Below are positions 49,051-62,659 of a stretch of DNA of 64,000 nt, in pieces. Position numbers and translations under genes: made by a program. The DNA is from Hydrolagus affinis (lineage: Eukaryota), in contig JAAILG010000118.1 in NCBI GenBank assembly GCA_012026655.1, forward strand, positions 62,001-126,000, in the 5' to 3' direction. Below the pieces are notes generated by a model. That model was given only the letters and a program-made list of their open reading frames with translations, did no database searches and was not told the DNA's origin. Numbering within the stretch: position 1 is the first letter of the stretch; each line of letters opens with the position of its first letter.

Positions 49051-52000
49051 AAGTCTCCCATTTGTTGAATTCTGCTTCAGAAACAAACCATGGTTCTAAA
49101 TCGGCTGCTATCTTGTCTGTTACATTTCGATAACAGTGTTGATTTCTCCTCCATAGTTCTCAACCAGATTTTTGAGATGTCTGCGGTTTGTGGGGTGCTT
49201 TATTTATTTCGTTGCGTTTTGGAGGATTACTTTGGGTGTGTTTTTTCTAGCTTTCAGGTTGTTGTTGTTGTTGCCTCTTGTCGTGAAGAGGTCACAGCTC
49301 TGTACAGACACATGAAAAGTGAATGCAATGACATTGACAATACATTGTGTATAGCGCATTTGATGTCTCAAATCGTTTTCAATACATGTCTTTGAAGATT
49401 TTAGTCTGTCAATGTGTATCACAGGGGCTTGGAAATTCATTGCCAACTGAAATGCCTGAAAAGGGTGACCTGCTTTGTAATAGTCATTAAGTCTCTTTAA
49501 TGTTTTTTTGGGGGATAAACGTTCCTTTTCCGCTTGGCTTCAGTAGAGTAACGCGAAAAAAAAGGAACCGTGAACTTTGTCAACGTGGTGGTACAAGCGA
49601 TGTAATGAACGAGAGAAAGTCATCTGGGCAGGACTGTGTGTCTTCGAAATATTATATAGCAAAAGCTCATAATGTTCTGAACAGGAATGCTTCACACATA
49701 GTTCAGTGAATGGGCCATTCCCGAAGGCACTTTTTAATGTGTGTGTGTGTATGTGTGTGTATGTGGACAAATCTGGAAATTGACAGCATATTATGTGCAG
49801 TCCTGGGGCTTGGCACAATGTGATTGAAAAAGTTACTCTCTGACCAGGGAGTCGTGGAGCAAACACCAGCGACCTGATGATGTATACACTACACACACAG
49901 CTCACTCAAACCGCAGCCTTGAATTCCATCTATTACTGCTCTCTCGACACGAGCCCAAACTGTATTTACTATAAGTCTAACCAGCCTCTCCGCCATCAAT
50001 ACCCTCGACCCTTAAAACAAAACACATCAAACGAGAACATTTCTCTCAAAACTAGTTGGGATGGAGGGAAAACGAGGTTAAGAAAGGTGCCTCTAAATAA
50101 GGTTACATGTCAACTGACAAACAGCCTGAAGATTGCTATCGTGTTAAATAGCTGCTTCAAATTATACATCAACTTCTATTAACTATATCACGGTTTTCCC
50201 CATAGAAAAATACATGTTAAATGGAAACGGTCTTTTTGAAAAGAAAATGAGCAGCAAAAAAAAAACCCAAATGCTTCGCTTCCCCATATCCCGTTTCCGT
50301 TCCCTTTGAATCCAGCCAATTTGTTTTAACCAGTGGTCCCTGTGCTGATTTTTTATTTTGAAACAAAATTACACTTGGATTTCCTGATAAACCTCTACAG
50401 ATTTTGCAAACGGAGCTAAAGAGGGCGGTGATTGCTGCTTTAAAAGGGGCTTCGGCGGCAGGAGCGTTTGGCTGTGACTCTCCCAGCAAGGAAAATTATT
50501 CCCCTTAATCATTCGCATCGCATACTCTGTTGTCAGCGGTTAGCTGCTTCCCCCACCCACCCCTCCCTCGTCAATTAATCCTCGTACTTTGATTGTATGA
50601 CATGGCCTACCCTTCATAACCGAGGTATTAATTTATTGCACTGTTTGACATTTTAAACGTAGACTTTGAGCAGATGATTTTGATTTATTTATTCTGTACC
50701 CGGTTTACTGAAACAATCGCCGTTGTAAACTCTGAATTGTCCTCCTTTCACATGTAGAAAAAAAGAACAATCCATTTGGCTAACGTTTTGTGTCTGTGAG
50801 TGAGTGAGTTCGTGTTGGAATTATTTTCAGAGTTTTTACGTTAAAAAAAATCTGTCTCCACTTAAACCTAAATGGGATATATAAGTGGAGTTGTATTCCT
50901 CCGAAACACATATCAAATGCAAGGATTAGTATATTGATCACATGAATATAACCTATTCATATACTTGCTTAGATCAAACCACGTAAATAATTTGAGACGC
51001 CTTTCGCTTCAAAAAAAATGGTGAAACCGTATGTTAAAATCTCTGCATTTATAGTGAGGCTTAACGACAATTTAATATTGGACGCAAAACAGCGAATATG
51101 AGTGAACGAGTCTTGGCAGTCGAACTTGATGTCTATTAAGATAAGATCGTTAGACAAGTTAAACACAAGAGGGAAGAAACTAAACTAAAACAGAGGAGAA
51201 AGTGCACATTTCATGTGGAGCCTTGTGATCGGTGTAGTCGAACATACTTTGCTGATTCCCACTGTGAATCACGAGCCATTTCTATCGTCGAACGGTGTCC
51301 TTGCAATGCTCTCTAACTCGGCATCGGTGGCTCCATTAACCGGTTGCTCATGCCAATGGATAGTGAGCAATCAATGTAAGATACAAATCGCGTCGCTGGT
51401 TTATAGATGTGATCCATCAGTGGGATCTTCCTGGAGTTCACACCGTTAATGATGACAAGGATCCGCGCCCTTGATGTACCTTTCACGTCGGGGATGTTGT
51501 CTCATAGCGCTTCACGGGATTTGCTGTCGAGTGAAGTGACTGTGTATTTTGCACGCGAACACTTTGGCCTGAGTTTGAACATTTCTGGTTGACTTTCATG
51601 GCGTGGAATTTATTTATTTAATGTTCGTGTTCAACAGGATCATACGAGAGTTTGTCCCTTCTCCAACACAGTTGGAAACCAATACTTTCATGTGTATTCG
51701 TTGCATTTTGCCGTTAAATCAATGTTATACACAATATATATATATATATACATACATATATATATATGTATATCTGTAATTGATATTTGCTTTCGGATGA
51801 TGCTTTCGGGTTGCGAGGAGGATTTGTTTTTGCTCAGAGCAATATAAGTAAGATAGGGGATAACAGACGACGCGGTTAAACGAGCAATACACGCCAGAGT
51901 ATACCCATCCGATATCAATATCGCCTAATGTCGCACTTTAATCGTAATCTCACGTTACACGGCTGGAGACGTGCAGATCGTCAAGTCACTTCTCACCAGC

Positions 52001-54402
52001 CTAGTGTATAACAGACCCGTCTAATCCAGTCTTTTCTGGGTCAGCAACAAACCCAGACTTGGCAAAGATATTGACACTTCGGGACAGTGCCAGGGATTTG
52101 TTTAGATTGTGTACGAGTTTTATATTACATAATACCCACAAGTATATACAACACAGACAACAATAAAAGGATGCAACTCAGGCGTGTGTGGTGTTGAAAT
52201 CACTGTGTTGCCGGAACGTTAAGATGACCACTTGATGCACTGTTATAAAAACTCTTGAGTCCACAGTTCAACAATGAGAGTGAATTGGAATCCATCCTGC
52301 CTTTGTGGGGCTCTTGTTTTTTGTACACACAAAGATGGCAATGAACCAATTACTGCGTTTGTATTATCAATGGCCCTTCCTGTCATATGATGTGGTGCAG
52401 CTGAGGAGGCAGAGGCTTTAAGGGTTATTGTGTGTCGTCGTCTCCCCTTCTCCTGCCACACAATGTAAAACGTGAGCAACATTTAGAAACTGTAAAGTGG
52501 ACAATGGCTCCGATCAAACAACGCGGTTCTGTTTGTGATCTACAGCAAGTGATGTTGGAGTTATTAGATGTAAAGCGATATTCACTCTCTCTGATTGTGA
52601 TCTCCTTGAAAACCCTCTCCCTTTGTTATGAGGGCCTTTCACAGTCCATTATCTTCCCTTGCGAGTATCTTAACTTCTCCTAGAAGATCATGATTTTTTT
52701 TTAGCAACACATGATTTAGAAGCGAATAACCCACATGTATTTCGTATTTCACCCCCACCCACCATGTGATACAGATAGGATGGACACAGTTACAAGGAAG
52801 GGACACACTCGTGTGACTGTATATCAACGGGTGATCTTTTTTTATATATATATAAAAATGCAAACATCTAATGTGACAAAAATATTCACATTTACATGTA
52901 GTTGTCTTCGTTATAAACATTGCAAATGGTACATTGCGAATGAAGATTCCCATTCAATGGCAGTGCCGATGCCGGGATTGTTTGCACACATTGGGGTATA
53001 CAGTGGTATTTTATGTTCTTTTAACTCGGAGCCTTTCATTCCGTTGTGTACAACTCGCTGATTGCCTGGAGCAGAGAAGCTTATTTTTCGAACCTGGGGA
53101 GCCTGATATTTTCTTGCTTGTCAATTTCATCCCGTGTTCCTTTCCCGAGGGCACAGACATTAAGTGGGATTGAGTTAGTTGGGCTCCGAGCAGCCTGCAG
53201 TCCCTCAGCCAACTGGGTAATCTACATGTGGAAGCCTTGACTGACTGCAGGCTGTTTGGCGGAAGGGGTAGGGGGGCACACAACCGAGCTCGATGTCCAC
53301 TCGTATGTGCCATTTCCAGCAGAGGGTTAATAAGAGGAGATAAGGAGAGAGAATCCTTGCTGCGTTTCACCATCTCAACCCAGTGAAACACCGAGGCCAA
53401 TCGCAGCTCGCCAAACTGAACGAGATCAGCAAACCCAGAGGACTGAGATTCAAACTTGCCAGCTTCTGATCTGCGTGACCAAACGCTACATCACATGTGT
53501 CTTTATCTAACTTTTACTAAGCCAATTGAGATCACCCGATATTTACTCCTACTTACAAAAATTGAGAACAAACCTTTTTAACAGAACCCTAATGCTGTGG
53601 CTTCAGTGCTCACATTCCTCAATGCTGCTTTGTGAGGAACTCGATTTTGTTTGCATGAATGAACATATAGGAGCCAATTAAATAGCATCCACCATAATGA
53701 CTGCTCTGTTTCTGAAATATCTCGAATCACTTGAATAGTACCAAATTTAGAAAGTCTGTGAATACATCTGTGCAGAGTTCAAAGTGTCTGTCCCATGACC
53801 CCATATGTGGAAACCAATGGTGGCTTGTTCAGGAAGGAAACCTTAGCAGGTGTAAGATAGGGAAGCTACCAAAAGTGTAGTAAACTATTAATGATTGATA
53901 CCACTGAATTATGATATTTTATGAATTGTAACATATGTACCTCCTCTGCACACTGAATGTGTTGTTTATAGCACACCATAGTAGATACAATGACAACACA
54001 GAAGTTGTGTAAGGACAGTGGAACAGTGTGAGGGCAATAGCAAACCCAAATGGTACTGTACTTAAGATTGTGATATCTATTACCGTATTCCCTTTGCAGA
54101 ACAAGGAAAGTCCAATACAGCAGAGGAGCACCACACAGCATAGCAGAGATATGAATTATGTCAGCAATTAATATTAACACCTGTACCAGCTGTGTACTGC
54201 TAACTGCATGACTGACCCAGTGTTAAATAATCAAATTTTTATGAGCTTTTTCAGCTGTGCAATGTGGAAAGAGTTCCTTCTTAAATGTCTTTAACAAATC
54301 TTTGACAAGCTAAATGGGCATTTTTACTAAAGATTTTAACACTGTTTTCTGAGGTAAATAGATAATTCATCCATTGACACAGTCTCCTAACACATTTAGG
54401 AA

Positions 54403-54650
54403 GATATTCCACCTGGGTCTAGATTTACTCAATTTCTACAGTGTTTCAGATACATTAAGGATGTGACAAACTGTTGAAATCAGTTTTAACTCTAAAGTAG
54501 TTTTTTTTTGGAGTTCTTCTGTACGTACTTCTTAAATGATCTTTACCAAAAAAAATTCAAAATTAAGGTTTAATTTACCCAAGTCACAATTTTCCCAATG
54601 TTGTGATATGATGTATACATCTGAGTAAATCTAGATCCAGGTGGAATATC
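54403..54650. mobile_element. MITE-like element with 29-bp terminal inverted repeats
   Basis: GATATTCCACCTGGGTCTAGATTTACTCA (54403-54431) vs TGAGTAAATCTAGATCCAGGTGGAATATC (54622-54650), 1 mismatch. Confidence 0.7.
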
Positions 54651-55213
54651 GGAGTCTTGTGTTTCTGATAATGCCTTGTTTCTCCATTTAGAATAACAGC
54701 TATGATGATTTAGTGATTTGACTTTTTTTTATTAATGATGTTCTTAACCAAACAGTGTAATATAATACAGTACAACACTGGCACAAATGAAATCATACAA
54801 GATTGTTTATTGTAGCATTGCTAAGCATATTTGCAGAGCAAGCTCTTTGAAATATACATTTTGTTCAACTAATTTGTCAGCATTAAATTCACAAACATTC
54901 AATTTAGTTCATTATTGTGAAGGCAATTCTGGTTAAAGAAGACAAAAGTAGCACTTACTCCAGTAAATACAGAAAATAATTGTATTTTTAGTTACTATTT
55001 AAGCTCTATATTACAGTTTTGCTTGAACTGAAACTCATGTGCACAAAATAGGAACACACAGCACCAGGAAAGAGCATTGTGGTCTGTAGGCATGGTCCTC
55101 AATCAAAAGGAAATATAAAAGGAAATAATGAGTAAAACTGCTACAATGTTGACTAGGATTACACACTAAATAAATTGACTTTTTAATAAAAAGCAATTTT
55201 CAATAAGTTTATT

Positions 55214-55220
<7 letters not shown>

Positions 55221-55245
<25 letters not shown>
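55221..55245. repeat. (TA)n microsatellite (others at ~16422-16442, 43381-43396, 46365-46383, 51734-51772)
   Basis: Direct observation. Confidence 0.9.
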
Positions 55246-55813
55246 CTGCACACATTACATATCTATATATATGCTAAGTTAAGTGCCATCTAATAAATTA
55301 AGGCTAGTTTATTGGTAACTTTGCATTGTGAATTTATTTGCCTCACGAGAAGACCTGATAATTATTTCATTCTGGTAAAATATACCCAGAAATGTATATT
55401 TGCTCATATCTAAATGAGAAAATGACAGTAAAAGATTTTGGTTGCGAATCACTGAGCAATTTTCCCTCAGTCCTTGTTTGTCCTGCAAATGTGCAGGACA
55501 AACAAGGACTGAGGGAAGTTCCACTCTGGACTTCACCTGGAAAATGTGATTTCTAATGTCATGTGATTCACCTTCACTGCAGTGGAAACCCAGTTGTTTA
55601 CACCGGGCTTGCACCAAAGGAGAGCTTCGAATGGTCCATATTTAATGTCATTAAAGAGCCGATTTAGTAACACCCAATTTCTGTCCATCTGCCAAGGTAC
55701 AATTCAAAGTGATGTAGAGCAGGCTTCCCATTCTACATCACTATGCTGCTGAGAGTGATGGTACTGGGTGCCGTGTGATGAGGTGTTAGCATTTACTTTG
55801 CTACTGGAGTTGC

Positions 55814-55900
55814 TTTATTCTACCGACATCCTTGCATTTACTTTGTGAGGTGACCAGCATTTTGTAGGACAGTGAATTTTTTCCAGGCATAGTTTTTATT
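55814..55900 (-). terminator. candidate LRRIQ1 polyadenylation signals (AATAAA at 55900-55895 and 55819-55814)
   Basis: Two AATAAA hexamers on the minus strand, 330-410 nt after the stop. Motif only, in AT-rich context. Confidence 0.35.
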
Positions 55901-56226
55901 ATTTTCCTTTATGTGCATATCACAATTAGCAATAGCAAACAATACAGTCACTCATGTGTAATAAAGCAAAGGATGGCTTAACAATTAACGATTTACAAAT
56001 GCAATTCACATCAATAAGTATCATTTTCAATAGATCAAACAATCTTGTCGAACAATTGTTTAATTTTACAGCAGTATCTGTAGTGAAGGATCCCTTCACA
56101 AAGGGATTTTAAACTCCGATGTATGGCAAGCTGCACAAACAGGCTATGATTCTTGACCTCTTCACCACAATATTTGTGACTGGTCAGTTGATATTTTGCT
56201 GCTATATACAAACCGGCCAAAAATAA

Positions 56227-56339
56227 TTATAGTGGTCTTCCTCGCTTTTTTCCACTTCCCCAACCTGTACTCAGGTTCACTGGGTTTATCCGAAGGGATA
56301 TGGGCTCTCTCTTTGCAGTCTTTAGTTTGGAAACTTTTT
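56227..56339 (-). CDS. LRRIQ1: LRRIQ1 terminal coding exon (113 nt incl. TAA)
   Basis: Acceptor tttttaatctttcctaag|AA in phase 1, matching the preceding exon. Encodes KVSKLKTAKREPISLRINPVNLSTGWGSGKKRGRPL*, resembling the recalled vertebrate LRRIQ1 end (ISFRDNPVQLSGGWGSGKKR). Confidence 0.8.
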
Positions 56340-59300
56340 CTTAGGAAAGATTAAAAATATACTGGTTATACAGCAAATGTCTGATCAATACTTAAGATTA
56401 CAGCACTTCAAACCATGTATATTTTAGTTGATCATACCTGCAGTGATTCAAGTTATTTAAACATTTGAATTGATATCTCAAAAGCATACTGTGGTATTAA
56501 GACATGGATCTTGCTGATAGATTTGAGGAAAGTACTGTACATGATATTTCAGATTGATACATGCAACACCCAGCACTGTTAAGTACATTTGTAGTTCAAA
56601 CTTTGACAGTGTTCAAAAATGAGTCTGTAACAAGTGGTAATCTACAATGTACTCCCACTGCAACATGACAGGCACTTTCTGCAGGTGTTGGATAAACTGC
56701 ACCTACAGTACAAGTATTGTTTAAAAAAAAACAAAATAGATGAAGAGATACCATCGGTTATGTCATTTGCCAGGGTCCAATCAATATAAGCACAAAATAC
56801 AAGTCATGCTTTTAGAGACTGTTGTTACCAAACAACCTTGAATTTGCAGACATTTGATGAACACAGCTATAAACCACATTAACATTACAGTAACAAAAGT
56901 AGCCCTATGTTTCTGTGTATGTATGTGGGGGGAGGGAGGGGGGAGGGGTTGGAAATCTTTTGAATTTTAAATATTGTTTCTTCAGGATTTTGACCTTATA
57001 GGCTATTGCAACTGTTATTTTCAGATATATTGGATATACCTATCGTCACTGACATAAGCATTTGGTGATCGATGTAACAACAAAATACACCAATCAAAAC
57101 TCTCAGAGCAAAACATAGCTTCCTTTAAATTCCATGATCATGCAAACAAGGAACACTTTGTATTTCCCCTGATTTTATTTTAATCAACATGAAAAACCAA
57201 TTTGTCAGGACCAAAAAAAGTCAAAAAAGACACTACTATAGTACCGCAAATCAGATTATCCTATTTTGTGCTGCCTGTTTAATCTAGCCATTGAGATGGC
57301 CTGTGCCCTTCTCCTTGTGTAGCATCTTTGTCATGCTAGACCTTAAGAAAATTTTTGTCAGAAGGGCAGCTTTCATTTCAAATGGGTCTCTTGCCATTTC
57401 CTGTCAGGCCTTAGCCGTTTTTTTGTGTGTCCGCAGAATGACCTCTTCAAACATTTACAGCTGCATTTTTCACAATACACAGTTCAGGGAAAAAGAAGGT
57501 AAACTCAAAGTAGAGTAACTATAGAATGGATCTGAAGCACTCCTTATATATTGTAGGGGTTATACTGCTCACATTGCCCAAATAACCACTTAATAACTTG
57601 CAGGTCAAAACTTTTATTTCCTGTCACAACAAATATTTAACTTGTGTATTGAAATGAGTCGAATTGAATTGATTTGAAAGCTTGAAATGTCACATATTAT
57701 TTTTATATATATTTAAAAATGGGAAACATAATTATATGCCATATGGACTCTTTCCTGATTGGAGAAAAAATCCACTTTGATTTTCTTTTATATTTGATAG
57801 AAAGACTTCTCATGTATTTTTATGTAATACTTTAATAAATCACATTTCTGGCTTGTATATACCATATCAGCTCTACATATAGGATCTGCTATCTTATGGA
57901 ACAGCAACTTAATTATAATTACACATTGCTGCATTAAAACTATGAATAAGATGTTCTAACCATCAAACAGTGAAGTAGGTTGGTCTGTGTTTAACCAGTC
58001 AAAAGATGGCACCATCATTATTGCAAATTCAGTTCTAACATCTGTGAAATAGTAAATGTTACAAGAGATTTTACAAAGTATTATCCTGAGTCTGTAGAAT
58101 TGGTTAAATGTCACTGATCAATAGCATGGTTACTGCAAACAAATCCTGTGAATTAAAGTGTCTCCTTGCCCTTCACATAGGAATTAAAGTTTATTTCAAT
58201 TACATTCTGCTCTGTTTGTTCTGTGTAGAAAATCTTTTGATACATCTATAGAATGAGATTTCTCATTCAATACAACACAAATACAGAAAGTTCTGTACTT
58301 AACAAAAAAAGTTATTTTGTCTTTTTCCCATGTAAATTGGTTTTGTGGTGTGAATAATGAAGTACAACAGTAATGGAATGCCTCAGGCTTTCTGTGAATG
58401 CAGACAGCAACATACAATTCACTGTGAACTAACCAGGATCTTAAGGGTGAATAGCGCAAGTCATTGGTGTGTGCATATAAGCTGTGCGGTTTCCCAAGTA
58501 TGAAAAACGGGAAATATCTTGAAAATGAATCATGTTTAAATTATGCTTTTTGTTTGGACTATTACACATGAAAACAATCAGTTATGGGATACCACAATTT
58601 AAAATTCAAATATTGTATGCCACATGAATACTTTTCTTCTCAAAATCGCCACTAATGTTGCAATTCATTTTGCAAATGATGGATATGTAGGTGGTGAGAT
58701 AGAACAATACAGTGTATTCCAGAGGATAGGACGTGTCATATAGAGTAAAAAAATACAGCTTTCAAGTGAACTGGATCTGTTCTTGTTTGCCTTTGGCAGT
58801 GGAAGAAGATTAGGACCAGGTGACCTGCACACTGTCCGATCAGGAAGTGGCATTTGACACAAGTTCCTTAAAAAGGTGAGGCATTAAAAGGGTCATTTTA
58901 GTGCCAAAGAGTTAATCTGTAGGAATAAAATATAATATGCATAAATATATATGGGTTGATGTCTAGAAAATAAGTGCTCATACATGATCGTTCGTTTTCT
59001 TTTTGAATTAACAAACAATCAATATAAATTATGAAAATTCTTCACTTCCAAAAGGGTTGGCAGGAAGGTAACAGTTTTAAAGATGGTGACCAAAGGCTTC
59101 GTCAAAAAAGAGAGCGTGGAAAGTTTGCCAAGTAGGAATAAAAATTTGTAAGGCAAAGTGGTTTTGGAGGAGAGTCACAGATTGTAGCACCATTGCTGGT
59201 GCTGAAGAGTTGTGTATCCTCAATAGAGATCAAGAGAAATATGCCCATCAGATAGCATCCAGAGATTTAAGGTGACCTCATAGCTGCCCTACTAAGAGTA

Positions 59301-60044
59301 TCCAATATAAACAATGCAACTTTACTCAATTTGGAATTCCGAACATGGGTTAAAGATTCAAATTGCATCAGGAGAAACATGTATAAACAAGTATGACAGT
59401 AAATGGAGTCCTTTGTAATGCATACTTTTATCCTTCATCATTCATCAGTCCAGCTCCAGGCACTATTCTTTAGACTGTACTTAGTATCTATGTTGGTACC
59501 CTTCACCCAGACAGCTACATTGTGGTACACATGCACACACATTTCTATATAGTTGAGCATAGGTCTACCCAAACTGTATGTCTGAATGAGTTGCACATGA
59601 TTTATAACCTTTTCCTTTTTAAAAAGTTTGAATAAAATACACCAGAGCTGATGTTTAAAGAAAGGTCCAAATGACTTTATTTTAGTATACACAAGACTTT
59701 TAGGAATTTGTAAAATCAAGTGTATAATTTCTCAATTCAATCATTTTTCTATCAACAGACCTCACTCAGGATGTCGCTGGTCTGGCATAACTTTGTATAA
59801 ACTCAATATTGTTTTGCATCCCTCTTCCTATTGCATGTCACCCACAGATATTATTGAAAATTATTTAACAACAACAACTTTGATTTATATAGCGCCCTCC
59901 ACGCCGGACAGCATCTCAGAACGCTTCATTTAATTTATAATTGACAGCTTGCAGGCTTATTGTCATTGCATTCTCTAATATTTCAGTAATTTAGCGATGA
60001 ATATAACAATGTAGAAAAGAAACACATACAGAATCCCAACTTAC

Positions 60045-60165
60045 TTTCAGATACTATTGAGTTCAAGCGAGTCTGATTTAATCTGTCACCTAATTGAATT
60101 GTACTGCTTCCACTGCTAACAGATCCAGCCTCTAAATCCGAGTCTTCTCTGCCTACAGGACTTGC
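60045..60165 (-). CDS. LRRIQ1: LRRIQ1 penultimate coding exon (121 nt)
   Basis: Acceptor ttttgtttccaatag|GCA. Encodes ASPVGREDSDLEAGSVSSGSSTIQLGDRLNQTRLNSIVSE (cf. recalled ARLVSREDTDLDLFSMTSGS). Phase 0 in, phase 1 out, donor A|GTAAGT. Confidence 0.85.
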
Positions 60166-60682
60166 CTATTGGAAACAAAACACAACTTATATATTCTCGG
60201 AACACATCATGAAGTCTTATTTAACTGGAAAATTTCAATCTCATATCATTAGCATGACTTAATTGTTAGTAAAGCAGCATAATGTTTTCATTAGTGCTTC
60301 ACAGCGATCATCACCAAATTAGCTTAGATTTATTTTCTGTAAACTCAGTTAAACTTTTTAAGCACAACACCCTAAAAATTATATATGAGTGTAGCCTGTC
60401 TGGAAACCTCATAGAAGATCCATATAAAAATCATAAAAGTAATTCAATTATTCATTCATAGAGTGATAATACATACATACAATGATATACATACATTAAT
60501 ATACCTAAAATAACATTAATAGGCAATTATGGTGCACAAACCCACATTTGAATAACAGTGTTCCAGGAAAACAATTTACAAATTGGTTTTACCACTAAAA
60601 AAAATGTTGAATGAAAATCAACAGTAGCAGAATCCATGGAGTATAGAACTGTGAATACTTAAAGCTAGAAGCATGTTCTTAC

Positions 60683-60743
60683 CACGAGTTGAACCCGACC
60701 ACCATTCAGTATTTCTGGGCCTAGCTCTGGCAGGAAATGATGG
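60683..60743 (-). CDS. LRRIQ1: LRRIQ1 internal coding exon (61 nt)
   Basis: Long polypyrimidine tract + ctccag|C. Encodes HHFLPELGPEILNGGRVQLV, matching the recalled LRRIQ1 motif HFLPELDPDVLNGGRVQLV. Donor GTG|GTAAGA. Syntenic position upstream of ALX1. Confidence 0.88.
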
Positions 60744-62659
60744 CTGGAGAAGCACAAGAGAAGAGAAACAAACAAAAGATAATAAGACTGACGTGTTCAC
60801 GTAAACACTGAATTATTGAACTGCACACATTTCAGATCATTGTAAAAAGTTATGGCTTTAAAAATAAAATTGCTTTACGGTAAACTCAATCCAGCAGTTA
60901 TTTACATGCATTGCACACCCAAATTAACTGTACACCTCAAGTACACATAATGCTTCCATATAGTGTGCAATCTAAGTGGCCTACAGCTAAAATAATGTAT
61001 TGTTACTCACGGTTTTAACAAACAAATAAAATTTGCGTCACCACCCCTCCTCCCACAATCCATGAACATCTCTGTTGTTGAAACTTTCAATATAATTTTA
61101 TGACTTTCACATTATTAGCTTTGTAACTTTTAATTCAGCACATCAGTAGCACACACAGTAACATAATTTGCTATGTGGTGAGTTGTAAAATCAGTTACTG
61201 AATTTCATTCAAAATCCTGCAAATACAGTCTTTAGAAAGTGAAAGATTTTAAATAGGAAATGATTTTTGCAGTCTGCTTTTGAACTGTGTTTACAATTGG
61301 ATTAAAAATGTAGCTTTGTGGAAATCGCATCAATAAATTTCAACAACCCGATGAAACATGATAAATGTGATTGATACAGTCATTACAGTCCAGACATTTT
61401 CTGATATTTGTCAGCCGATCATTCTTACTTTTCACATAAAGTTAACTGCTGTTCAGTTTGACTTTAATCAGCAACAAATCTAAAGAAACTAAATAAAAAC
61501 ACTGTGCTTTCTACATCTGTAGACAGCCTGGTATTCAATACGCACATATGACATACATTTACCATTCTGTATAGTAAGTGAAATGCACACTTATAAAAGC
61601 ATTGTTCAAATATTGTTTAATCAACTCAAAGCAAGAACATGAAGCAGATATCCTCACAGTCTAGTCCTTTTTTCTATTAGTACTGTATGAATTGAATTTG
61701 GATTTGCCCTTCATGTTCACTTACTGAGCAAGTTCTCAAAGAAAACTAAATGAAGCTGATTAAAGTTAAATCTAAAGTGCTCAGGTACAATAACAGGCTG
61801 GTAGAATGAGAACTTTACTTTTCTAATTCCATTGCCAAATAAATGTATGTTACACAAGAGCATGAGGTAGTGAATTGTATTCGTAATAAAGGAGCAATTA
61901 CCAATTTGGTTGAAATTCCAATAAAAATATTTATTAAGCTGGCAGTTTATGAGTTTTTATATAATGCACAATTGTCACTCAATTGGATAAATGAAAACAA
62001 GACAACAAAAAGTTCCACAGTAACAGAATGCACATGATAGCTCTTAAGAAGCCTGAGGGGTGCCAAAGACATTTTATGCAGCGTGTCTAATGGCTCTTCA
62101 GGACTAGTTATGGCATGCATTTAGCTGCAAGATATTGTGAACGAAAGTGTGCTTTAGGTTTAAAATAGTGGACTATGACCCACCACATTAGTTGACTTTA
62201 GTAAGGTGCATTTGAGGGACTTATTTGTGCAACAAAAGGAATGGGGATCTAGGATAGTCTCAGTCTCCCTATTTGCCTTCTGGAGAGACAGCAGTTCTAT
62301 TATAGAACATAATTCTGATTAGATCCCAAATCTCATTAGTTGTATGAAGCGCTTTGAGACATCCTCCCTCCCGACATGAATGTTGCCATATAGATATAAA
62401 TTGTTGCATTCTCAATCACATTGATGCAAGAATAGAAGATGAAGTTACTCGGATGTGATGGGCAGGAGAGAAGGATTTATCCCTTAAAATGACTAGTGAA
62501 AAGCAATCTGAATGATCAGAGCTTACAATCTGTTGAACAGCTTGGATACATATGATTAGACCTCCAGTCACTTTGTTGCATCTCAATTAAAGTAAAATTT
62601 TTACAGAACCGCAATCTGCAAAACGAGTGACAATAAAATAAAATCCATTTTGTTTTTTT

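Noticed and set aside
58755-58867. Possible extra LRRIQ1 exon (ORF 58665-58862)
   Set aside because: Its open frame needs phase-2 entry, whereas the upstream exon ends in phase 1 and joins 56339 cleanly. The donor is weak and there is no recognised homology.
60440-60450. Perfect paired-homeodomain P3 site TAATTCAATTA (possible ALX1 autoregulation); P4/P2 variants at ~43337, ~62309 and ~43053
   Set aside because: Several such all-AT motifs are expected by chance in 64 kb of AT-rich DNA, and there is no supporting context.
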